24,642 bases of DNA from Bdellovibrionota bacterium. Lineage in GTDB: Bacteria > Bdellovibrionota_C > UBA2361. The position numbers and the translations under genes are program-made. Below the pieces are notes generated by a model. The model searched no databases and was not told the origin of the DNA. It worked only from the letters and a program-made list of their open reading frames with translations. The DNA is taken from assembly GCA_044371155.1 (NCBI GenBank), contig JBILUF010000001.1, positions 1 through 24,642 of the forward strand. The letters are read 5' to 3'. Positions 17,427 through 24,642 of this stretch are shown here, one piece after another; position 1 is the stretch's first letter; each line of letters begins with the position of its first letter.

Positions 17427-18300
17427 CGCAAACCTCAACAAACCAGCGTACCGGTAAGGTAGCAGGGGGGATAAAACTGCCTTTGCACTTTAAAAGCTCC
17501 ACTTCCCAGCGCGGGGCGGAGATGAACGGATTAGTAAGGGGCGCTGTATGTGTGTTGGTTTGGGATGGCACAGGGCGCACCTTCCAGCGACTCATGGCGG
17601 CACTTGGAAGTGAGAGTTCTTTTTCGGGCCGTACGATAAAGCCTATTGTGCCGCCGTGTGCCGCTGCCAGCGTAAAGCGCCGACTTATCGTGGTAGAAAG
17701 TCGCGTGCATTGCGCCACCACACCAAACACTCCAGGGGAGCGAAGCGCAGTATCAATCGCCCATAGTTTTGTTTTGCTATCTGGTGGGTCGATAAATAAA
17801 GAGTGTGAGAGGAGGTTTATCGCTCCGTGACTTGCCTGGGCTAAAAGGTGCGGAGTGGGCCAGCAGTTTTTGCCGATCCAGAGTATAAGGCGCGGATCTG
17901 ATCTAGTTGACGCTGCACAGGATGGATCAGCTCCGGATTGATCGCGCAGCTGGTGACTAAGTGTTGAGCGTAAGATAGCGGTGATTATCGAAAAAGGTGG
18001 CACACCTGCGCTTGTGGAGCGTTTCTTTAAAGCGGAGCTTTTTTCGTCTGAGCTTGAAGCCACGCACCATTCATGCACAGCACCAAGTGGCAGCCCGTGC
18101 TGCAAAAATCGCTGCTGCGTTGCAGGGGGTGTGTCGGCAGTGAGCGTATCGTTGGAGAAGGGCCGAGCGGTGGGTCTCTGGTCCCGCTCTATCGGAAGCA
18201 GGGCAGAGTGCTTTACCGCGCTACTTCCTTCCCCCCTCCAGAGCAGCCCTTTTTGGATAAGACTAGAAAATTCGCTTGATAGCCCAGGTGCGCTTTCCAT
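17320..18300 (-). CDS. imuA: ImuA, RecA/SulA-like mutagenesis accessory protein
   Basis: LLWRG, GLPLGAVHEW, LWAIDTALRS, SRRFTLAA..GG..GFIVRP, SAAMSRWKV, PRWEVELLKCKG; first gene of the cassette. Confidence 0.88.
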   Translation of the reverse strand: MESAPGLSSEFSSLIQKGLLWRGEGSSAVKHSALLPIERDQRPTARPFSNDTLTADTPPATQQRFLQHGLPLGAVHEWCVASSSDEKSSALKKRSTSAGVPPFSIITAILRSTLSHQLRDQSGADPSCAASTRSDPRLILWIGKNCWPTPHLLAQASHGAINLLSHSLFIDPPDSKTKLWAIDTALRSPGVFGVVAQCTRLSTTISRRFTLAAAHGGTIGFIVRPEKELSLPSAAMSRWKVRPVPSQTNTHTAPLTNPFISAPRWEVELLKCKGSFIPPATLPVRWFVEVCDEISLSFPAELVSGSNPAKATGEGAPQPLQQYTGT

Positions 18301-18304
18301 ATAA

Positions 18305-18367
18305 CATATCGAAAAGATTGTATTTATAACCCAATAGGAGGATTATATTCTATTCTTTTTCGATATG
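18305..18367. promoter_or_regulatory. Candidate repressor operator: two inverted copies of CATATCGAAAA
   Basis: CATATCGAAAA at 18305-18315 (+) and TTTTCGATATG at 18357-18367; one copy overlaps the -35/spacer, the other lies just before the imuA start codon. Confidence 0.55.
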
Positions 18368-18370
18368 CAA
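18342..18370 (-). promoter_or_regulatory. sigma70-type promoter of imuA-imuB-dnaE2
   Basis: TTGCAT (18370-18365), 17-nt spacer, perfect TATAAT (18347-18342), 41 nt upstream of the imuA ATG in an AT-rich island. Confidence 0.75.
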
Positions 18371-18484
18371 TAAAAAAGGAAGGGGCGCTGTTTGTTGAGA
18401 GGCCCTATCTCTCTTGGGGGCGTGGGCTACATCCCCTAGGAAATAGGCATAACTCTTTTAGATGCGACCATTGAGAAGCCTGAT

Positions 18485-19189
18485 ATGGAAGTTATAGCTA
18501 AACAAAAAGCTTCAGAACCAAAAGCCACGTCGCGCGCTAAGCGCGCCGCCACCCCAAGTGTGGCTCCTGATAGTGTTGTCCCCTCGCTCACCGAGGAGGG
18601 ATTGGCGCACCGAGTGGATGTATTGTGCAAAGCATTAAAAAAGAACCCGCATCAACCACTTGGAATACTTCTTAAGCGCCAGGGAATTAAGACTGACCGG
18701 CAGAGTCTATTAAGCGCCATCGTCGCTGTTCACTCTGAATTTAGAGAGTCCTTAAAATCCAGCACACTGGATGCTACGCTGCCAACAAGTACTATCATGC
18801 TCCATGCTCTGTGTGATTTCGTGCTGGGGTGCCAGAAGGCAGAGCGCGTTAATAGACATGATCCCACCAGCAAACCGGGCCGAGCACCGCTTTTGCTCTT
18901 GGAATGCCTCGGCGCATTATCTGATCCACTCGTAACCAAAGATGCAGAACTCTCACGCGAGTGGGGAAAGGTTCGTGCTGAGCTTGATAAGTTAGTGATG
19001 GAAAAAACGAAATCAGAGAATGGCAAATCAGCTTTTGCAGAGAAGCTCGCGGTTGCGCGTATTGTGGAGCCTATTGAGACTCCCGAATGTCCATTAACAC
19101 CACTTGAGCGCTTGATGGGATTTGACATTGATAAGGGGCGAGAGGCCACTTCAGGGCCCTGCCAAATCCTACGTCTGGCGAAAGCGTAG
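18485..19189 (+). CDS. Hypothetical protein (no recognised domain), divergent from imuA
   Basis: 234-aa ORF with ATG start; K/A/P-rich N-terminus then helical body; fills the gap between imuA and the GT-C gene. Confidence 0.65.
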   Translation: MEVIAKQKASEPKATSRAKRAATPSVAPDSVVPSLTEEGLAHRVDVLCKALKKNPHQPLGILLKRQGIKTDRQSLLSAIVAVHSEFRESLKSSTLDATLPTSTIMLHALCDFVLGCQKAERVNRHDPTSKPGRAPLLLLECLGALSDPLVTKDAELSREWGKVRAELDKLVMEKTKSENGKSAFAEKLAVARIVEPIETPECPLTPLERLMGFDIDKGREATSGPCQILRLAKA

Positions 19190-19445
19190 CGGTAGGTTCG
19201 TACCAGAGGCTGTTGTTTCTACTGCTCTCTCGTGTTCTTTGTCTCAAGGATTCCTATAGGATTAAGGTGAGCTACTAGCCCCGCATCCAAATGAGTAGTC
19301 ACGAATAGTCCGTGGTGGGTCAGGGGCGGCATGCTCTTATTGGTGGCGTGTCGGTATATGCCATCCGGTGTGGTCTATTCGGTGAAATGCTGCATGTTTC
19401 AAATCATCGGTAAGTTGGTATGCTCTCACTATTCTTTGGGAGATC

Positions 19446-21254
19446 ATGCAAAACACCGACAAATGCAATTTTTTTATGGGGCGGTATCAGCATACTGTTC
19501 ACGCTGCTCTGTGCGGCGCATTGGTCGGGATATTTGGATGTTGCATCCTCTTTTATCCTCTGTTTGCAACGGATCCTGCCACCACCCTATGGGGCGACCA
19601 GTTTGATGCGCGTCTGCTGCATTGGATCGCCGAGTGGGGCTACCAGATAATTTTTATCCGGCATGATCCACTTAGTTTCTGGAATGCGCCCTCTTTCTAT
19701 CCGCATCCAGGTAGCTTGGCGTATTCGGATTCGCTTCTGAGTGCGCAGATCTTCTATGCACCGCTTCGACTACTGGGAGTCTCAAGTTTCACTGCTTTAT
19801 ACGGCACGCTGGCCTGTGTCGCTATCCTGGGCTGCATCCTTTCGGCAATTGCGCTGCAGCGGATTGGGGGTCTTTCGAGATATGAGATAGCGCTGATTGT
19901 TTTTGTCTCGCACTTTGGCCTGAGTATCACCTCATATCTGCACCACTACCAGCTCTTTGGCTTTCAGCTTGCCCCTCCTTTTTTTCTATTTCTCTACCTC
20001 TATCTTCGTGATTGGCAGAGAGACGATTTGGCCGCGGTAGTTTTTTGCTTCGGATATGGAGTGTGTTTTGCAACCTATCTAGCACCAATGTTAGTGGTCT
20101 TGGGTGTCGTTGTGGCGGCTCCTCAGGCATGGCAAGCCCTAAGGCGGAATGGATTAGCCGGAGTTGCGAAGCGGATTGGGGTCGGGAGTGCGATAGTGGT
20201 GATAGCTTCTGCGGCGCTCATATTTTCCATTCAGCTTCGTCCCTACTGGAAAGCCGATGCGCTGCTTGCGCCGCAAAGCTTTTCTGAGTCAGCGCTCTAT
20301 TCGGCTCGCTTGACCTCGTTCTTGCTCCCGGCGCGTGGCGGGAACTCCTTATGGTATGGACCAGCTCCGGGAGAGGCGCGCTTTGGAGATGCTGCGCGGG
20401 CCTTTTTCCCCGGTATCATCATAAGCTCTCTCACATGCTGCTTCCTTCTGGCTTGGCTAGTTGTCGCCTGTAGGAGTCGAGAAGTTGAAAAAGCAACCAC
20501 CCTGGGGGCTGATCCCATGCTGGTGCAGTACCTTGGGATTCTGCTTGGAGCTTCCTTAGTCCTGGCACTGGGGCCCTATCTCCATGGGCATGCATCGTTC
20601 AAGCTGCCATTTTATTTTCTCTCATCGGTTGTGCCTGGGCTTGAGCGGGTAAGAGCGCCGGGGCGATTTGGTATAGTTGTGGGGCTTCCAGCAGTTTATT
20701 TTTCCATCCTACTCCTTCGAGTATTGCTGCGAAATCATCATTCAAAAGTTCTCGCTTTGGCATGTGGCGCGTTGGTGCTTATCGATTCATTGCCTACGTT
20801 TAAGACATACCCGTATGTAAACAACGCCGAAGGTCTCTACCGACGGATTGCCGCGATATTGCCCGCTAATGCTCCTCTAGTGGAGCTTCCGGTGGCAGGG
20901 GGAGATTTCTTAAGGACTATCGTCAGGGTCACAAATCAGCTGCACGGTACACTCATTCATCAGGGGCGAATAGTTCTGGGGTATGGTTCTAAGGAATCTC
21001 CCGAGGCAGCTGAGCTTGGGCATCTCGATCTTAAAGTACAGAGAGGTGTAGCAGCCCCCCAAACAATCGTAGAGTTTTGCAAGAGAGTCGGGGTGTCACA
21101 CCTCCTGCTACGACTCGATCGCTATACGCCGAAGATTAGAAAGCGGTGGATGGATCTCATTCGTTCAAATTCGTCATTTATCACCCTGCAGCAGAGCGAT
21201 TCTGAGCTCTTGTTGCGCCTGGAATTTAGCTCGCAGCCAGTGGATGTAGGGTGA
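19446..21254 (+). CDS. Multi-pass membrane protein, YfhO-like GT-C-fold glycosyltransferase candidate
   Basis: GDQFDARLLHWIAEWG, FYPHPGSLAYSDSLL, many TM segments, LALGPY, RVRAPGRF, C-terminal soluble domain with VELP and Q..H....VLGY; GGAGA SD. Confidence 0.7.
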   Translation: MQNTDKCNFFMGRYQHTVHAALCGALVGIFGCCILFYPLFATDPATTLWGDQFDARLLHWIAEWGYQIIFIRHDPLSFWNAPSFYPHPGSLAYSDSLLSAQIFYAPLRLLGVSSFTALYGTLACVAILGCILSAIALQRIGGLSRYEIALIVFVSHFGLSITSYLHHYQLFGFQLAPPFFLFLYLYLRDWQRDDLAAVVFCFGYGVCFATYLAPMLVVLGVVVAAPQAWQALRRNGLAGVAKRIGVGSAIVVIASAALIFSIQLRPYWKADALLAPQSFSESALYSARLTSFLLPARGGNSLWYGPAPGEARFGDAARAFFPGIIISSLTCCFLLAWLVVACRSREVEKATTLGADPMLVQYLGILLGASLVLALGPYLHGHASFKLPFYFLSSVVPGLERVRAPGRFGIVVGLPAVYFSILLLRVLLRNHHSKVLALACGALVLIDSLPTFKTYPYVNNAEGLYRRIAAILPANAPLVELPVAGGDFLRTIVRVTNQLHGTLIHQGRIVLGYGSKESPEAAELGHLDLKVQRGVAAPQTIVEFCKRVGVSHLLLRLDRYTPKIRKRWMDLIRSNSSFITLQQSDSELLLRLEFSSQPVDVG

Positions 21255-21350
21255 CAAAAGTGGACTACTCTAGATACACTCTTACGAGGATCACCAGCAT
21301 CACACATATCAGATGCTTTGCGAGGAGCAAGGGGGTAGGAACCTAAGGGC

Positions 21351-21842
21351 ATGGCAGGAATATTGACTGCTTTATTTCGCATGAGCGACACCACGTCAAA
21401 GCTTGAAAGGTGCTTTGGGTTCTTGGTGTGTGCGCTCTCTGTGGTAGTGCCGATCTTTTTTCTCGAGATGTTCCCCTTTTCACGCTTTCCGATGTTCTCC
21501 GATAACTCGGTGGTTCTAGTACGAAGCAAGGTGTTTGATGCTGCAGGAAAGCAGTTGGCACTCGAGCAGGTTGGCATTCTTGATACCTATGTTGTAAACC
21601 CGGATCCTATGCTCAATACAGTTCCGCAACGGCCCCATGAGGCGGCATACCGCTGGTGGGAGCCCTATGAGTTCGCCCCATTCATTCAAGCTGAAATTCG
21701 CTTGAAAGGTCTTGCAGAGCCAGTGCGGTTTGTGCAGGAGCAACTCGGGGTGGTAACTAGAGCGGGCCGAACGAGTGTGGGAGTTGTTGGAAGTCGGGCT
21801 TGGAAGGTTACCAGCGACGGAGCGCAGTTGGAGTCACCATGA
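21351..21842 (+). CDS. Single-TM membrane protein with FPFSxFPMFS motif (HTTM-associated partner)
   Basis: One TM (CFGFLVCALSVVVPIFF) followed by EMFPFSRFPMFS; its TGA overlaps the next ATG (ATGA, 21839-21842). Confidence 0.65.
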   Translation: MAGILTALFRMSDTTSKLERCFGFLVCALSVVVPIFFLEMFPFSRFPMFSDNSVVLVRSKVFDAAGKQLALEQVGILDTYVVNPDPMLNTVPQRPHEAAYRWWEPYEFAPFIQAEIRLKGLAEPVRFVQEQLGVVTRAGRTSVGVVGSRAWKVTSDGAQLESP

Positions 21843-22651
21843 GAGGGACGATCTTTGGACAGGTCTCGCTATGGGCAGTGATTGGAGCAGCTATATATTA
21901 CTCCGTGGCTGCAACCCTTGAGGTGCGACCAGCGCTGCAAGCAGCGAGTGTCACTGCGCTACTACCGGAGGAGCTATGGCAGAGCCCGGCGCTGTTTACA
22001 GCACTACGCTGCGTGGCTGTGGTAGCGCTTCTTTTATGGGCTGCAAATATCCTCCTCCCTTTCTCGGCTTGCGCGGCGGCGATAGGATTTTTCCTCCTTA
22101 TTTCTAATGCAGTAGCGGGGCAGATTTATGTGCGTCATCAGCCGCATGTTGTAGCGATGCTTCTTTGTGTTTATGCTGTATGGGTTCTTAGTCGCTATCG
22201 CGAGATCAGCGCTGCGCCGCGGCTTTGGTGCTATGGTCGGGCAGCACCCTATCCACAGTGGGTTTACTCAGTGGCTCTTTTCTATCTCACCTCCACCTAC
22301 TCATTCGCTGGAGTTTCAAAGCTGCTTGGCTCTGGGTTGAACTGGGCAAATGGAACGGCGCTTCAGCTATGGTGCTACTTGTCTGAGGGGAGAGGTGTAC
22401 TACTGCGAGATCTTTGTCTCTATGATCGCTCATTGGCTGCAGCTCTGCAGGCTGTTGTTTTATTCGCAGAGCTCACCTGCATTCTCTGTTTTTTCCTGCC
22501 GCGGTTGCGGAGAGTGTATGGCGCTATCTTGCTGGGGTTTCATCTATCGGTGGAGTGGCTATTTGGGCTCGGGTTTTACGGGAACATACTTGCAGGGCTG
22601 CTATTTTTGCTCCTGTACCCGCGCACATTTGAAAACAACAGCACGGCCTAG
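21839..22651 (+). CDS. HTTM-like integral membrane protein (gamma-carboxylase/LMF/SdpB-related fold)
   Basis: About 7 TMs; HQPH loop; Y..S.YSFAGVSKL..SG..WANG..LQ, ELTCILCFF, GFHLSVEWLFG.GF fit the HTTM pattern. ATG 21839 with GGAG SD. Confidence 0.65.
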   Translation: MRGTIFGQVSLWAVIGAAIYYSVAATLEVRPALQAASVTALLPEELWQSPALFTALRCVAVVALLLWAANILLPFSACAAAIGFFLLISNAVAGQIYVRHQPHVVAMLLCVYAVWVLSRYREISAAPRLWCYGRAAPYPQWVYSVALFYLTSTYSFAGVSKLLGSGLNWANGTALQLWCYLSEGRGVLLRDLCLYDRSLAAALQAVVLFAELTCILCFFLPRLRRVYGAILLGFHLSVEWLFGLGFYGNILAGLLFLLLYPRTFENNSTA

Positions 22652-22660
22652 TCGAGGTCT

Positions 22661-23899
22661 CTAGAGCTTTCCGGTAGTAATACGCGAGTGAAAGGTGTGA
22701 AGCACCTCGGCCTCGTCCTTAAAATGCTCATTGCCCACTTCAAAAGTCATTGAAAGTCGTACATGCGGGCCAGCCTCCTCCCAGGGCACTGTAACGATTC
22801 CGAGTTTTTCAATGAGGTAATCGGTGAACGCCTGGGCTGAAGCAAAGTTTTGCCCGTGAAGACTCTGAGGCACTGCAACATAGAGGTAAAACGATCCAGC
22901 CGTGGGTGTGGCCTCAAGCCCTGCAGCAGTAAGCGATTCAGCAACAGAGGTGAGCCGACGCAGGTATTTACCTTTATTTGCAGCTACAAATGCCGCGCCG
23001 TTATCAAGCGCCTCGACCCCAGCGTGTTGAATAGCGATAAACTGCCCGTTATCGACGTTGTCCTTTACCAGAGCGAAGGCCGAAAGAAGGGTGGGGTTAC
23101 TCACCACGAATCCAAGCCGATATCCTTGCATGTTGTAGCTCTTAGAGAGGGAGTAGAGCTCCAGAGCGCACTCCCTGCCACCAGGGAACTCAAGGAAGGA
23201 GCGGAAGCGCCCGTCAAAAACAAAGTCAGCGTACGCTGCATCCTGCACAACTACAAAATTATATCTGTGCGCTAGTTCAATAACGCTCCGAATAAAGCTC
23301 TCGGTAGCAACTCCGCCGGTGGGGTTGTTGGGGTAATTGAGCAACAAAAGTTTTGGGCGTTCAGTTTTGACAGTATTTTCAAGCTCGCAGAGGTCAGGCA
23401 AAAATCCATTAGCACGAGTAAGTGGAAGAGCAGTCACCTTAGCACCAAGCCACGATGCGATAGTTGGGAGCACGGGGTACCCAGGTTTTGTTGCCACTAT
23501 TGAGTCACCAGGGTTTAAGAATGCGAGCGGGATCTGCGCCAGTGCCGTTTTAGTTCCAACGCAATGAACGATCTCTTTTGCTGGATCACACTCCACCCCT
23601 ACAAGCCGCTTCATGTACCGAGCTGCAGCCTCTTTAAATGGAGCGGTGCCGTTGTTGGGATAGATCCGATTGGCTTTCACCGCAGCTGCTGATGAAAGAG
23701 CCGCTATGACATTCTCTGGCGCACGCTCCTCAGGCTCGCCCACGCCCATGTCAATAAGCTTGACCCCTGGGTAATCTCGCAGGAATGCCTTTTTGGCATT
23801 ATCAATAAGGGTAAATTTAAATACTTTTGAAACCTTGCCGTAGTTCTCTCCGCCAATCCGCTCTGCGAATAATTTTTGAAGGTTAATCTGATGATCCAT
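22661..23899 (-). CDS. dapL: LL-diaminopimelate aminotransferase (MJ1391/clostridial-type), PLP fold I
   Basis: QKLFAERIGG, IDMGVGEP, NYPNNPTG, QDAAY, SLSKSYNM.GYRLGF (PLP Lys), KDNVDNGQF, VTVPWEEAG. True start ATG 23899; the ORF-track extension to 24103 overlaps the nitrilase gene. Confidence 0.82.
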   Translation of the reverse strand: MDHQINLQKLFAERIGGENYGKVSKVFKFTLIDNAKKAFLRDYPGVKLIDMGVGEPEERAPENVIAALSSAAAVKANRIYPNNGTAPFKEAAARYMKRLVGVECDPAKEIVHCVGTKTALAQIPLAFLNPGDSIVATKPGYPVLPTIASWLGAKVTALPLTRANGFLPDLCELENTVKTERPKLLLLNYPNNPTGGVATESFIRSVIELAHRYNFVVVQDAAYADFVFDGRFRSFLEFPGGRECALELYSLSKSYNMQGYRLGFVVSNPTLLSAFALVKDNVDNGQFIAIQHAGVEALDNGAAFVAANKGKYLRRLTSVAESLTAAGLEATPTAGSFYLYVAVPQSLHGQNFASAQAFTDYLIEKLGIVTVPWEEAGPHVRLSMTFEVGNEHFKDEAEVLHTFHSRITTGKL

Positions 23900-24003
23900 A
23901 CAAGGCCTTGTTGAAAACAGCTGCAAGAGAGTGCCCTTGAGAGTCGCTGCGAAGCCGCATACACTCATGATATCCGGGCAGCCCCTTAAAAGACGGACTC
24001 TAT

Positions 24004-24642
24004 ATGGCGCTAACTGTAGCAGCGATTCAATTTGATATTCAATGGAATGACCCAGCAAAAAGTATCCTTGTAGCCAGAGGTCTTGTAGCTGAGGCGGCGG
24101 CAAAGGGGGCTAAACTTATAGTCCTCCCGGAGGTTTTTACCTGCGGGTTCTCGCTTTGCACCGGCGATGTTGCAAAGGCAGCTTTTGAACTGGGGCATGC
24201 TTTCTTAAAGGAGAGTGCGGCCCGGTACGGTGTGTGGTGTGCCGGAAGTATCCCGTCGGCGAGCGTTGAAGGGTTTGCTCGACCCTTCAACACGCTTTTT
24301 CTCGTTGGTCCCAATGGGCAGGAGCACTCGTATTCGAAAACGCATCTCTTTAGTTTCGGAAGTGAGCCGTCACAGTATGCGGCAGGGGATCGCCGACCAC
24401 CAACAGTTGATATTGATGCTGTGCGAGTAACTCCGGTTATCTGTTACGATATGCGATTCCCATACCTTTTTTCTGAGGCGGCAGAACACACCGACCTCTT
24501 TATAGTGGTTGCCAACTGGCCAGCGGGCAGAAAGCTCCACTGGGAGACCCTCTCGCGGGCTCGCGCTATTGAGAATCAGGCTGCACTGATTGCAGTCAAT
24601 AGAACAGGTGAGGGCGGGGGGCTGACCTATCACGGTGGCTCA
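24004..24642 (+). CDS. Carbon-nitrogen hydrolase (Nit2/YafV omega-amidase-like), partial (runs off window end)
   Basis: Not in ORF track; hand translation from ATG 24004: MALTVAAIQFDIQWNDP...LIVLPEVFTCGF...YSKTHLFSF...ICYDMRFP...VANWP..RKLHWETLSRARAIENQ..., with the Glu-Lys-Cys triad intact. Confidence 0.92.
   Translation, partial: MALTVAAIQFDIQWNDPAKSILVARGLVAEAAAKGAKLIVLPEVFTCGFSLCTGDVAKAAFELGHAFLKESAARYGVWCAGSIPSASVEGFARPFNTLFLVGPNGQEHSYSKTHLFSFGSEPSQYAAGDRRPPTVDIDAVRVTPVICYDMRFPYLFSEAAEHTDLFIVVANWPAGRKLHWETLSRARAIENQAALIAVNRTGEGGGLTYHGGS

Noticed and set aside
23900-24103. 68-aa N-terminal extension of dapL; lysine riboswitch; 12-bp palindrome ACAAGGCCTTGT at 23900-23911
   Set aside because: The extension overlaps the nitrilase gene; the 104-bp spacer is too short for an L-box; about 6 such 12-bp palindromes are expected by chance.
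1-24642. Mobile element, prophage, CRISPR array or RNA genes
   Set aside because: No transposase, integrase, phage gene, spaced repeats or tRNA/rRNA pattern seen.

Overview
Chromosomal window (roughly 50-55% GC by eye) from a Gram-negative bacterium, as shown by a TolC/NodT lipoprotein; finer taxonomy cannot be set from sequence alone. Left to right: (-) fatty-acid operon (chalcone-isomerase-fold secreted protein, SDR-type 2,4-dienoyl-CoA reductase, hotdog/DUF4442 thioesterase running off the edge); (+) secreted hypothetical; (-) tRNA-dihydrouridine synthase that looks more like eukaryotic Dus3 than bacterial DusA/B/C; (+) 58-aa small ORF missed by the ORF track, followed by a 16-bp-stem hairpin; (+) YciF/DUF892; (-) uridine kinase divergent from (+) a long HAD-fold protein; (-) four-gene ABC/MFP/OMF exporter; (-) imuA-imuB-dnaE2 mutagenesis cassette with no lexA but with a clear sigma70 promoter bracketed by an unfamiliar inverted motif (CATATCGAAAA); (+) hypothetical protein; (+) YfhO-like GT-C membrane protein plus a coupled HTTM-like gene pair; (-) DapL-type aminotransferase divergent from (+) a nitrilase-family amidohydrolase running off the edge. 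No rRNA, tRNA, CRISPR, transposase, integrase or phage gene was recognised. Best leads are the Dus3-like enzyme, the candidate new damage-response operator, and the GT-C/HTTM cluster. Family motifs used for comparison are recalled from memory, not searched.
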